64,000 bases of DNA from Trueperaceae bacterium (GCA_965213925.1 OZ243927.1:3200001-3264000), one strand, 5' to 3'. Shown: positions 29,706 to 40,192, counted from the first letter of the stretch. Notes: generated from the letters alone by a model not told the origin. A program made the numbers and translations.

Positions 29706-30471
29706 CCTGAGCCCCTCGTTCCTGAAGATTTCGCTCATGCGACTGCGCCCCATCATGATGCCTTCCTCTTCGCTGAGATACGCTACCAGCCTATCTAAGG
29801 TCCAAGAGCCGAAAGGTAGTCCTAGCTCATCAGGTTTCGTTAAAGCCGTTTGAATAACAGTGCCGACATGCTCGCTTTTGTAGATGTGAGGTCGCCCGTG
29901 ACGCGGGCTTTCTTCTAAACCAGGAATACCCAGCTTCGTGAAGCGGTTCACCCACTTGCGCACCGTCTGGTGGTGTAGCTCGAGCTTCTCGGCAACCTCG
30001 TGCACTGACAGCCCTAAGTTCGACTGCAAGACAATCCGCGCCCGACGCACTTTGCTCACACCCATCGTCCTCGAACGTTCCCACCTTTTAAGTTCTTGAT
30101 ACTCTTCTTCGGTTAGCCGACGAACACGGGCATACGGGCGCACGGCTCACCTCCACTAGAATTGAGAACTCTAGCTTAGTCCTGAGTCGAATTAACTGGA
30201 TGAGCCAATAAGGAACGCGCGCAACTGTTACCTTAGCCTTGTACTAACCTCTCCCCCGTTCACCCCGCCAAACTGGTCTTATCTAAGGATTGGAAAAATT
30301 CCGGGTGCTAAGCTCTCTGGTGGTGAGCAACATTCAAAAGCGATATCTCAAGATGTTGTGCATCATGTTTTCCAGAACTGCCACCACGTAGGCGCTCGCC
30401 CTTCAGTTCTTCGTTTCTTCTCGTTCTACACGCGGAGTTGGGCATTCATCCCGTCGCCGTGAGGTCCATTA

Positions 30472-30729
30472 TCATTCTATCTGCTCGAGATGCTCGAGCG
30501 CCGCGTCGTCCTCGCCTGCACGCCACAACCCAAACGCTATGCGAATTGTTACAACGTTGGCTTCGTAGGTTACAAGGTCAGCTTCGAAAAATTGCACGTC
30601 GTCTGTGTCCAAGTTTTCAGCAATGTGCTGGTAGGTGGCAGCCAACTCTTCTAGGTGTCCTTTAAGACTCAGACCTACCTCTTGGTGTTCTGTAAGCTTG
30701 CTCTCCACGATTTCCTCCGAAATATCCAC
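30472..30729 (-). CDS. Hypothetical acidic helical protein
   Basis: 85-aa ORF with protein-like composition; no recognised motif. Confidence 0.55.
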   Translation of the reverse strand: MDISEEIVESKLTEHQEVGLSLKGHLEELAATYQHIAENLDTDDVQFFEADLVTYEANVVTIRIAFGLWRAGEDDAALEHLEQIE

Positions 30730-30904
30730 CAGGGCAGCGCTCGCTTAGGTGAGCGAGCGCTCGCCAACTCCTTATTTCTTTCGTTTTGCGCGCGAAGTTG
30801 GTCGCCCACTTGGGCAACGGCACGTAGCGCCACCTCGAGCGAAGCTGCGCGCTGTCGCGGCTGCAAACCGCACGAGAACGGACCATCGCCGGCTGCAACA
30901 AAGC

Positions 30905-31186
30905 TTACGAGCGATTGGCTTGAACGGTGAAGTTTAACTTCATCATAAAGTGCAAGAAGAGCTGCTTATCCAAGCGGTAGTGCGCTACAGCGTCCTCTGT
31001 TTCGTAAGTGTGCTCAAGTTCTCGCATTAGCTCCGTCAGTTCCTCACGTAGCGGGTCAGCCTTTTCGTCGGGTAACTGGGCAAGGACGGCGAGGGCGTAG
31101 TCACGGTTTTTAAGCGATTGCTGATGGAGCCGCTCGAGGGGGGCGGGCGGTTGCTCTAGCCGATCGAAGACGCTAGCTGAGTCCAT
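30905..31186 (-). CDS. Hypothetical protein
   Basis: 93-aa ORF with TAAACT box 6 nt before ATG. Confidence 0.65.
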   Translation of the reverse strand: MDSASVFDRLEQPPAPLERLHQQSLKNRDYALAVLAQLPDEKADPLREELTELMRELEHTYETEDAVAHYRLDKQLFLHFMMKLNFTVQANRS

Positions 31187-31353
31187 GCTGTGAGTTTAGC
31201 AGCTTTAGGATTAGCTACTCCTTGACATCCTCGTTCAGAAGCGGCACTAATTTTCGTCAGGATTGTTGCCGTACCTCTTTTATCAACGACGTGATGGCAA
31301 GGTTTAATGCGACGAACGCGCGCATCTTACCACAACAGGTCAGCACTCCCAGT

Positions 31354-31818
31354 TCACTTGAATAGCCGAGGATCAAAAGCGTGATCCAACACTGCCGCCA
31401 CCTCGACATTGTTTGCATCGGGGTGCTCCGGATTGAGTAGGTAATTCGCCTCACGCAGGCTCACGCTGCTCGGGACCCTGAGCAGCGCAGAGCTTCGGGC
31501 GTCAACCCACTGCTGCCCAATCTCTTTCGTACTTGCTGGGTGTGGGAAGGCGTTCCAATCCTCAGGTAGGTCTTCAGTGCGCAACTCACGGACAAGTGAG
31601 CTGTCAAACCGAATTTCGGCGAGCGCATACTTCGGGAGCGTCTCGGTGTCTTGGAGGTGGACGAGCACCTCTAAGGTGGCAAGCGCAATCGTCTCTGCTA
31701 AGTAGATGAGGGGGACGCCCTGGTAGTTCCAGCGTCCCCCTACCCGCCGCGCACCCTCGCCGCTGAGCGACTGATCCCGATACTTGGATTTGAGGATGCG
31801 CCAAGCAGATAATCTCAA
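31354..31818 (-). CDS. RES-domain toxin (ParT/MbcT-like)
   Basis: SGEGARRVGGRWN, ATLEVLVH, LRVPS, NYLLNPEHPD. Confidence 0.93.
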   Translation of the reverse strand: MRLSAWRILKSKYRDQSLSGEGARRVGGRWNYQGVPLIYLAETIALATLEVLVHLQDTETLPKYALAEIRFDSSLVRELRTEDLPEDWNAFPHPASTKEIGQQWVDARSSALLRVPSSVSLREANYLLNPEHPDANNVEVAAVLDHAFDPRLFK

Positions 31819-32285
31819 CCAAGCACTCCGTACTCCAGCCTCTCAATCACATCGAGCACTTCCCGCGCGCCTTGCTCGCTCCTCGCAAAGTCGAGCGGCG
31901 CGCGGCCTCCCAGCGCAAGAGCCGGTTTAGCTAACCATGCCTTCGCTTTCGCCTCATCTTCGAAGAGATAGGCTGCTTTCTCAAACACCTCCGCGTAGCG
32001 GTAAAGCCGTTCGCTCTCCTCGGCCCTAAATCGTCCCTCAGCGAAGCGTCGATGTAGAGTGGCCTCTGACAAACCAAGGTAGCTTGCTAACGATTTTTGG
32101 GAGACACCCAGGAGGGACTGAAGCCGACCGAAGGTGTCAGCCGGTAAGCCCTGCTCGAGCCGCTCGAGCAGCTCGCCCGTAGTATTGACACTTAAGCCCA
32201 AACCAGTTCCGTACCGGTTTGAGCCCTGCTCTCCGGGTACGAAGGGTGTAAACATCATATCTGCCACCTCAACCACCTCTTTCAT
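31815..32285 (-). CDS. Xre/MbcA/ParS antitoxin
   Basis: HTH, EESERLYR, WL..P..ALGG..PLD, RLEYG; 4-nt overlap with toxin. Confidence 0.93.
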   Translation of the reverse strand: MKEVVEVADMMFTPFVPGEQGSNRYGTGLGLSVNTTGELLERLEQGLPADTFGRLQSLLGVSQKSLASYLGLSEATLHRRFAEGRFRAEESERLYRYAEVFEKAAYLFEDEAKAKAWLAKPALALGGRAPLDFARSEQGAREVLDVIERLEYGVLG

Positions 32286-32338
32286 ATGACAAGTATATCA
32301 CTTTCGTATGAGGGTAGGGTGCGCACTTCTTCCCAACT

Positions 32339-33229
32339 TTATTGCGGAAAGTGCCGTCTATAGAGCATCTGCCGCGACTCCCCGGAGAGGTTGACGTAGA
32401 GCTGCGTAGTTGTGGGCGAGGCATGATCAAGAATCGACTGCACGGCAGCGATAGGCGCGCCTTGGTTTAAGAGCAGCGTGGCTAGCGTATGGCGCAGCAC
32501 GTGCGGCGTCACTTTCTCCTCTAAACCGCACCGCTTTGCTACGCGCTTGAAGATGCGCTGTATCTGCGAGGTGCTGAGACGTTGATGCTCCAAAGTCCCG
32601 CTATGCTGACGTCTCCGTCGCTTCGTAGCGAACAGGGCGAGGCAGTTGTCTGAACGGCTGTCCAGATATCGTTTAAGCCACAGCGCCGCTTTCGCCCCGA
32701 AGTACACTTCTCGCTCTTTGTTGCCCTTACCTAGCACAACGACGCTCCGGCGTGACCAGTCGAGGTCGATTCTGTCAAGTTGATGTATCTCGCTGACTCT
32801 GCAACCCGTGGCGAAGAAAAACTCGATAAGGGCGTGCTCCAATAGATTCTCACAGGCGTCTCTGAGCAACTCGATCTCTTCTACCGAAAGCGCTTTCGGG
32901 ATTCGTGCGGGTAGGCGCGGTTCTCGGAGTTTCAGCGCGGGGTTGCGCTCCAATATCTCCTCTTCATAGAGCCACTTGAAAAAGATTTTGAGGGCGCGGA
33001 CTTTGTTCGCTAAACTCGACGTTTGCAGATGTGTCAAGCTTGTGAGGTGAGCGCGCAGGTGCTCAAGCTTTACTGTCTCAACAGGGGTTTCGCCTCCAGC
33101 ATCCAACATCAAGCGCTTCAGATGCAGCTTGTACGAGTAGAGCGTCCTGTCGCTGTAACCGTCCAACTTCCTGGCTTTCAAATATGCCTGAATACAACTC
33201 GCTAAAGTGAGAACTTTTTGCTCGTCCAT
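32339..33229 (-). CDS. Tyrosine recombinase (XerD-like architecture)
   Basis: RBS GGAGG before MDEQK; TGCRVSE, GKGNKER, HVLRH, LDH, TQLY. Confidence 0.92.
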   Translation of the reverse strand: MDEQKVLTLASCIQAYLKARKLDGYSDRTLYSYKLHLKRLMLDAGGETPVETVKLEHLRAHLTSLTHLQTSSLANKVRALKIFFKWLYEEEILERNPALKLREPRLPARIPKALSVEEIELLRDACENLLEHALIEFFFATGCRVSEIHQLDRIDLDWSRRSVVVLGKGNKEREVYFGAKAALWLKRYLDSRSDNCLALFATKRRRRQHSGTLEHQRLSTSQIQRIFKRVAKRCGLEEKVTPHVLRHTLATLLLNQGAPIAAVQSILDHASPTTTQLYVNLSGESRQMLYRRHFPQ

Positions 33230-33407
33230 AAAAAACCTCCGAGCCGTAGTCTGCACGGAGGTTGACGTCAGCATGTTTTCGAGGGGTGATAGCAATGCGC
33301 CAGACGCGCGCGTTAATTGCACAATAGATCATCTTACAAGTTCGTCACAAAACCTTTTCTACTATTCAGTGCTGGCAACATAAAAAGCTGCTCTCCAAAT
33401 GTACGCG

Positions 33408-33430
33408 GAATTAACTGGATAGACCAACAA
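33408..33430. repeat. Solo IS630 end
   Basis: GAATTAACTGGATAGACCAACAA vs IS end GAATTAACTGGATGAGCCAATAA. Confidence 0.7.
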
Positions 33431-33652
33431 ATGTCCGGCCTCGAACCGCTGAAGTGAGCAAATAGCCCTTATGTAAACCTTCTCCTTTTTCCACCAGTTT
33501 TCTATAGAAGACACCAAAAACTTGTCAGCACGGCGACACCTTCGTTTGTGTCGCGAGGGCCGGCACAGCGTTCGCCTACAGTTTGCCGAAGGCGGCGTGC
33601 AGCGTTTTGACCAGCTTTTATCTCTACACCCAAGCCGACCCGACGCGCCAAG

Positions 33653-35824
33653 CTAAGGCGCTAGGCGCTTCTCTCGCAACCTAAGCACCGTTTCGACCTC
33701 CGGCTCCGCTGCGGCATCCCGAGCGAGCCGAACGCGGTAGTCGCCCTCAGCTACAGTCCAGCCGGGGGTATCCGGGTCGTAGGACGCCATCACGCGCAGC
33801 TCGTCGCAGATGATGCGCACCGTTGCCGACTGACCCGGCTCGAGCGCAACGCGCGCCCAGCCCGCGAGACGGAAGGTTGGCTCGTTCGCCCCAGCTGGCT
33901 CTACGGATGGCGGCGCGACGTACACCTGCGGTGTGTCGATGCCCGAATGCTTGCCCGCGTTGCTCACCGTCAGCGACGCCTCGATCAGCCCGTCGCCATT
34001 CACCGCAACGGTGACATTGCTGTAGTCAAAGTGCGTGTAGGATAGACCGAACCCGAATGGAAACCTCGCCGGTCGCCCCTCACGCGCGTGCCAACGGTAG
34101 CCGATATCCACGCCCTCGATGTCGTAGTCGACACCGACATAGTCGCCCTGGCGCGGCTGACCCGGGAAGGACGTTGTGTTTTCAGGAGAGCGCATCTCCG
34201 GGCGCGGCAGGTCTGCCTCACTGATCGGGAAGCTGACCGGCAGCCGACCCGAAGGCGTGACCTCTCCCGACAGCACATCAGCGACCGCCTGCGCCCCCGC
34301 AGTGCCGCCATACCACGCGGCTAGCACCGCTGACACGTCGTCCAACCAGGGCATTACCACTGCTCCAGGCGTTTCCAGAACCACCACCGTGCGAGGCACC
34401 CTCGCCGCTACCCCAGCGACCAAGTCATCTTGAGTTCCGTCCAAAGCGAGATCGGGGGCGTCCCAGCCTTCGGTAGCCCACTTCTCAGCGAGGACGACGG
34501 CGACGTCGTCCTCGCGCAGCGCCGTCAGGTCGTCGCCCAGGAACACGACTTCATTCTCGCTGAAGCGTTCTTTTATTGTATTGAGTGGTGAAGGTCCGTG
34601 GTAGATGCGCGGGAACTCCATCTGCGGAACGCGCATCCCCTCTCTCTTGGTGTGTTCGGGCGGCGTCACCGCCGAGCTTCCGCCACCCGAAAGCACTCCG
34701 AGGTCGGCATTCTTGCCGAGCACGGCGATACGTCCTTGCGGCGGGTTCAGCGGCAGGATACCGTCGTTTTTTAGCAGCACAAGCGACTGCTCAGCGACCC
34801 TCTGTGCGACCTCCAGGTGGCGTGGCAGCGGGGCGGGGCTCTGCAGCCGACGGCCCTCTAGCGCGCCGACGGAGTGCAGCGCAGCGAGGATGCGCGTCAC
34901 CATATCGTCCAGCCGCGCCTCGCTGACCCTACCCTCGGTCACCGCGCGCTTCAGCGGCTCGCCGAAAAAGTGCGCCGTGTCCAGGTCCCAACCCGACTGC
35001 CGGTCTAATCCGGCCCACGCTGCATGATCGGTTGAATGGGTCGCGCCCCAGTCCGACATGACGAAGCCCTTGAACTGCCAGTCGCCCTTGAGAACCGTAG
35101 TGAGCAGGAAATGACTTTCTGACGCGTAGACCTTGTTGACCATATTGTAGCCAGTCATGATCGAGCGCGGCTGACCGTGTTCGGTGGCGATTTGGAACGA
35201 GAGCAGGTCGGACTCGCGCAGCGCCTTTTCGCTGATGTCCGAGCTGACCATCACTCGTCCGGTCTCCTCGGGGTTGATGGCGAAGTGCTTGAGCGTCGAG
35301 AGTACCCCCTGCGACTGGATGCCTGCGACGGACGCCCCCGTGAGCAACCCGGTATGTAGCGGGTCCTCGCCCACATATTCAAAGATGCGCCCGCCGCGCG
35401 GCTCGCGGATTAGGTTCATGCCTCCGGCAAGCTGGACGGCAAAGCCCAGGTGCCGCGACTGAGCGCCGACAGCCTCGCCCACCGCGTGCGCTGCGTCACG
35501 GCAGAAGGTCGCGCCGAGGGCGATCAGCGAGGGGAAAGCGGTGACGTCCTCTTGACCACGGACGTTGTTGGGGTTGGTGACCCCCATGCTGGCGTCGCTC
35601 TCGTCCCACATGGGGATGCCTAAGCGAGGCACGCCGGGCGTGGCTGCAGCCGAGCCGTGCGCGCCTTCCGGCGCTCCATCCGCCGCCATCGGAGCCGACG
35701 CGAGCGCGACCTTTTCGTCCAGGGTCATCTGGGCGACCAGCGCTTTGGCTGCCGACCAGTCGTCCTGCCAGCCAGCCCACGGTCCGGATTCGGTGTGGAA
35801 ACGACAGGTTATCTCTGTAGTCAT
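33653..35824 (-). CDS. GH3 beta-glucosidase with Fn3-like C-terminus
   Basis: LKHFAIN, FVMSDWG, SLVLLKND, FPFGFGLSYT. Confidence 0.93.
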   Translation of the reverse strand: MTTEITCRFHTESGPWAGWQDDWSAAKALVAQMTLDEKVALASAPMAADGAPEGAHGSAAATPGVPRLGIPMWDESDASMGVTNPNNVRGQEDVTAFPSLIALGATFCRDAAHAVGEAVGAQSRHLGFAVQLAGGMNLIREPRGGRIFEYVGEDPLHTGLLTGASVAGIQSQGVLSTLKHFAINPEETGRVMVSSDISEKALRESDLLSFQIATEHGQPRSIMTGYNMVNKVYASESHFLLTTVLKGDWQFKGFVMSDWGATHSTDHAAWAGLDRQSGWDLDTAHFFGEPLKRAVTEGRVSEARLDDMVTRILAALHSVGALEGRRLQSPAPLPRHLEVAQRVAEQSLVLLKNDGILPLNPPQGRIAVLGKNADLGVLSGGGSSAVTPPEHTKREGMRVPQMEFPRIYHGPSPLNTIKERFSENEVVFLGDDLTALREDDVAVVLAEKWATEGWDAPDLALDGTQDDLVAGVAARVPRTVVVLETPGAVVMPWLDDVSAVLAAWYGGTAGAQAVADVLSGEVTPSGRLPVSFPISEADLPRPEMRSPENTTSFPGQPRQGDYVGVDYDIEGVDIGYRWHAREGRPARFPFGFGLSYTHFDYSNVTVAVNGDGLIEASLTVSNAGKHSGIDTPQVYVAPPSVEPAGANEPTFRLAGWARVALEPGQSATVRIICDELRVMASYDPDTPGWTVAEGDYRVRLARDAAAEPEVETVLRLREKRLAP

Positions 35825-35961
35825 TATCTCCCCCGTTTCTCTTGCCACCTGATTCTAAAGGAGCACGGGTATAGAGCACCTATGCCGGTCATACAGGTAA
35901 CCTAGATAGGGGAAGGATCGGCACGCCGTCTGACCGTTTCGCAATCGGATGAGACCATTGT

Positions 35962-37297
35962 TGGTTCGTCCATTAAAAAGCGCTCACGGTAGGGAGGGCG
36001 GCGACGCCAAACTTACGCGGCGTGCGGTGGCGTCTTCTTCTGCCCCAAACGTAAGGGTGCTTGTGGTCATTCCAGTAGGCAGTGGCTCTTCGAATGGGCT
36101 CAACCATCTCGGTCCAGACCTCGAAGCGCCTGCCTTTGAGAGCTAAAGAGCGTAACGTCTTCCACCAGGGCTCGGTGAGGTTGAGATACCCCTAGGTGAT
36201 CGCCGCTAGGCGAATCCGGTCCTGTGCCCTGCGAAGCGGGTATTGTCGGTAACCTAGCGTACTTGGGCTGGAAGACGAACTCCCACCTGGGGTGAGCCAG
36301 ACTAAAAAGGAGCACGTCGTAAGAGCTGTGCATGTAGAGATTGTCGATGATGGCGTAGATGTGCTTGACCTCGGGCGGGACCCACTGCTCGACCTTTCCC
36401 AGAAACTCGGTATAGTGCCCGCCGATGCGGCGCGGGACCATCTCAGTGAATACTGCGCCTGAGGCGGGTTCTAATGCGCCGAAGACGAAACCACCTTTCG
36501 GGCGATGTGTATAGTCAAGCGCGACTTTCGCGCGTCCGGCGGGGGGTCCACGAATTTTGGTCAGCTCCTTACCTTCATATGTTCTTGAGGCGAGCGGTCC
36601 CATCTCGTCTATGCAGAGGACGACGTTGTTCTCTGGTGGGTCGGTGTAGAGCTGTAGGGTGGCACCCTTTTTTCAGCGAACTCGGGGTCCACCTTTTGTC
36701 CATACCACCCTCCTTGTTGTCGCCAAAGGTTACCGCCAACGGCGGCTAGCGGGAGCGGGACCACGCGACTTCGCTTTACGCGATCACCTGTCCTGAGCCC
36801 CTCGTTCCTGAAGATTTCGCTCATGCGACTGCGCCCCATCATGATGCCTTCCTCTTCGCTGAGATACGCTACCAGCCTATCTAAGGTCCAAGAGCCGAAA
36901 GGTAGTCCTAGCTCATCAGGTTTCGTTAAAGCCGTTTGAATAACAGTGCCGACATGCTCGCTTTTGTAGATGTGAGGTCGCCCGTGACGCGGGCTTTCTT
37001 CTAAACCAGGAATACCCAGCTTCGTGAAGCGGTTCACCCACTTGCGCACCGTCTGGTGGTGTAGCTCGAGCTTCTCGGCAACCTCGTGCACTGACAGCCC
37101 TAAGTTCGACTGCAAGACAATCCGCGCCCGACGCACTTTGCTCACACCCATCGTCCTCGAACGTTCCCACCTTTTAAGTTCTTGATACTCTTCTTCGGTT
37201 AGCCGACGAACACGGGCATACGGGCGCACGGCTCACCTCCACTAGAATTGAGAACTCTAGCTTAGTCCTGAGTCGAATTAACTGGATGAGCCAATAA
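35962..37297 (-). mobile_element. IS630-family element copy 2 (inserts at 36193-36256 and 36726-36791)
   Basis: Offset 7086 from copy 1; identical ORF translations. Confidence 0.92.
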
Positions 37298-37329
37298 CTG
37301 TTTGCGTTGAGCGGTGCCCTAAGGCGCGC

Positions 37330-37905
37330 TCAACGATCCGATGACGCCTGGGGTAGACCTCTTAGCGGTGCCAAACCGCGCTGAGCCGCGTCACGAAGTT
37401 TCTCCCACCCCACCTGCCCTAAAGGTTCCACGCTGCTCGTTAGCCAGCCCTCAACCTCAGCCGCGGCTGCACGTGCCGCAGTTGCCTCTTTAGGCGTAAT
37501 CAACCCCGCCGCGCACGCCGCCGCGAACTCATCCTCGTCGTCCACGACCACGCGACCATCCGGTCCCCGGTAGGGGTCAAGCTCAAGGTCCACGAACCTC
37601 CACTCGCCGCCGAGAAGCCCGGGCGGCGTGCACACCTCCATGCTGACGAACGCCCCCGCACCTTCGGCAGTCCACTGCGCCATCCACCAACCGGACAACG
37701 GGATTAGATGCAACACCGCCAAACCGGATGGACGTGTGCCCTGCCCGACCTCGCACTCCGCAATCGCCCCACCGACCTCCGCCCGGTATAAACTCCCCGG
37801 TGGGGTGAATAGCCGGAGGCCGAAACCGTCGCGGTCGAACTCGTTGGCAGACCAGCGCGCGAAGCCCTTCGACCGCTTGATCTTCCGTATCACTGTCGTC
37901 CTCAA
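37330..37905 (-). CDS. DUF402-family protein
   Basis: FVDLELD and VDDEDEF motifs. Confidence 0.8.
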   Translation of the reverse strand: MRTTVIRKIKRSKGFARWSANEFDRDGFGLRLFTPPGSLYRAEVGGAIAECEVGQGTRPSGLAVLHLIPLSGWWMAQWTAEGAGAFVSMEVCTPPGLLGGEWRFVDLELDPYRGPDGRVVVDDEDEFAAACAAGLITPKEATAARAAAAEVEGWLTSSVEPLGQVGWEKLRDAAQRGLAPLRGLPQASSDR

Positions 37906-38389
37906 GGCTGTACCTCGCTAGCGACGTAACTAGGGATCATCAGCTCTTTTGCTCGCTTCAGCGCAACGCGAAGGTGCACGGTGTGCTACGAGTTGTCCAG
38001 CGGGTTCTCCTAAAGTACCTGTTAGGAAGAGACCGCTGCTAAACACCCTCGGAGGCGCATGAGCTCCCAGACATACCTTTGACAGAGTAAATCACTTCAA
38101 TGGTTCGGACAGGTATTGCTATTAAGAAAGCCATCACGCTAGTTTGGATGTGTGACCAAACAAAAGAGCAGTGATGGCTTAACACGAATAATAGAGCACG
38201 CCCGATTCTGTTTCCGAAACTTGGTATTCGTGGTAGCATTGCAATATGCATAGGTTGTAAAGCAACCCTGAAAACTGGGTTGTAACGCAACTCTAAAAAA
38301 CTGCAGTTTTTTAAATACTGTATATCAACTCTAAATATGACAGCGTTTAACCCTGCGCTTAAACTTTGGCGAAGAGGTACGATGCAGGC

Positions 38390-39295
38390 ATGGGTCAGCC
38401 AGCCAACGCGCGCCTCTATCTCGTCTTGGGTTGCGGCGTCATCGCCGTAAGTCTAGCCGCCATCTTTATCCGCTTAGCCGACGCGCCCGGCGTAGTCGTG
38501 GCGGCGTACCGGATGGTCATCGCCAGCCTCGTTTTGCTCCCTTGGACGGTCAAGGCGCTTAGAAAAACGCCGCTTACGAAAGAGAACATAGGTTACACGC
38601 TCCTCGCGGGTCTCTTCTTAGGCGCGCACTTTGCTACCTGGATCACCTCTTTGTCGTATACGACGGTCGCGGCGAGCGTTGTTTTGGTCACCACAAATCC
38701 GCTTTGGATGGCGCTCTTTAGCTGGATTTTTCTAGGACTCGCGCCCTCATTCACCGTCTTGATGGGCGTACTCATCGCAGTCTTAGGCGGCGCGCTCATC
38801 GGTTTTGGCGACCTGAGCGGCGGGAGTGCGCCGCTTTTAGGCGACACGCTCGCGCTCTTAGGCGCGGTCTTCGTGTCGGCGTATCTACTTTTAGGGCGTG
38901 CGGCGCAGCGGCGCGGGTTGTCCCTCCAGGCGTATATCGGCGTGGCGTACGCGGTCGCTGCGCTTGTCCTTGTGCCTCTGCCGCTTCTCCTCGGTCTTCC
39001 CTATACCGGTTACAGCGTGGAGACGTTTTTTTGGATCGCGCTTTTGGCGCTCGTGCCGCAGCTTATCGGGCATACGTCCTTTAACTACGTGGTGAAACAT
39101 TTAGACCCAACCTTTGTTGCCACGGTGACCTTGTTGGAGCCGATTGGCTCGAGCCTCCTAGCCCTCCTCCTCTTTAGTGAAATTCCTGCGCTCCTCACCG
39201 TTTTAGGGGGGTTTATCCTGCTCTTCGGCGTCGCCCTCACCACACGCAACAGCCGCGCCGCGAAGCCAGCAGTGAACCAAGCCGCGTCGGACTGA
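38390..39295 (+). CDS. DMT/EamA transporter
   Basis: About 10 TM; HFATWITSL, PQLIGH, LLEP; TACGAT box before ATG 38390. Confidence 0.92.
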   Translation: MGQPANARLYLVLGCGVIAVSLAAIFIRLADAPGVVVAAYRMVIASLVLLPWTVKALRKTPLTKENIGYTLLAGLFLGAHFATWITSLSYTTVAASVVLVTTNPLWMALFSWIFLGLAPSFTVLMGVLIAVLGGALIGFGDLSGGSAPLLGDTLALLGAVFVSAYLLLGRAAQRRGLSLQAYIGVAYAVAALVLVPLPLLLGLPYTGYSVETFFWIALLALVPQLIGHTSFNYVVKHLDPTFVATVTLLEPIGSSLLALLLFSEIPALLTVLGGFILLFGVALTTRNSRAAKPAVNQAASD

Positions 39296-39685
39296 GTAGA
39301 GAGTCGAAAGCAATGAGTCGTGAGATAAGAGGTTTTTACTTTTAACTCGTTGCTCGTTGCTACCTTATACGGAATTGCATAACTTACTTAGCTTTACGGA
39401 GGCGTTTTAACTTACCGTCACGAGAGACCGCACCACATACTGCACGCTTTCCGTGTAAAAATCTTCATACTCTGTAAGCTGATGCTAGTAAATGGACGAG
39501 AAATTTGTTACAATAATGCACGTGGTTGTGCTTTTTATCCCTTCCTCGTCAAAGCAAAACGCACACCTAACCATCCCAGAGACAATCTATCCAGCAGTTC
39601 TTGACTCAACTTTCAACACGCTGCGTCACTGACACCTCAGCGAGCACCGTGCTGACTAAACCGTGTGAATTAAAGGAGTATACCC

Positions 39686-40192
39686 TTGAAAGAATCACAG
39701 AAAGCTTACAAGAACGGCGACCAGGTCGTTTTGCCCCCTTACGGCGTCGGGGTCGTTTTAGGTACGACGGTGCGTAGCGTAGCAGGCTCGGAATACCAGT
39801 ACTACGAAGTGGACTTTCCCAACGGCACTTCTAAAGCGTTCGTCCCCGTCGCCTCACCTCATGCCGCCGGGTTACGTCCCGCGCTCACTAAAAAAGAAGT
39901 GCAAGGGGTTTTAGAGCGCCTCAGCAATGGACGCATCAACCTCCCCAAGCAGTGGGCCGCGCGTCACCGCCGCGTCACCGAGATTCTTTCAAGTGGCGAC
40001 CCCTACCAAATCGCCACTTTAGCGAGCGAACTGCGCCGCTGGGACCTAGAGCGTGGTCTACCTGACCTGGACCGCCAAGCCTACCGCCGCTCCTTACGCC
40101 TCTTGGCGGGTGAAATTAGCGCGGTTTTAGGCATCACCGCCAAGGAAGCGCGCAATATGATGGACGCGGGCGACGACGACGATTTGAACTAG
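39686..40192 (+). CDS. carD: CarD-family RNA polymerase-binding regulator
   Basis: GDQVVLPPYGVG, conserved Trp in KQWAARHR. Confidence 0.92.
   Translation: MKESQKAYKNGDQVVLPPYGVGVVLGTTVRSVAGSEYQYYEVDFPNGTSKAFVPVASPHAAGLRPALTKKEVQGVLERLSNGRINLPKQWAARHRRVTEILSSGDPYQIATLASELRRWDLERGLPDLDRQAYRRSLRLLAGEISAVLGITAKEARNMMDAGDDDDLN

Larger units (their letters stand above)
28876..30211 (-). mobile_element. IS630-family element copy 1 (HTH ORF 29523-30143, DDE ORF reached by -1 frameshift, two internal inserts)
   Basis: IRs TGGTTCGTCCATTAA / TTAACTGGATGAGCCA; IDEMG, IDNLYMH, LNLTEPWW; matches 35962-37297. Confidence 0.92.

Noticed and set aside
37920..38000. Integron attC-like site (minus strand GGACAAC...GTTACGT) before the DUF402 gene; also 30738-30900
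   Set aside because: R boxes fit RYYYAAC/GTTRRRY poorly, no convincing L-box pairing, and the recombinase lacks the IntI insertion
38039..38290. 83-aa ORF in AT-rich DNA; also 28539-28757
   Set aside because: No RBS or recognisable motif; probably gene remnants
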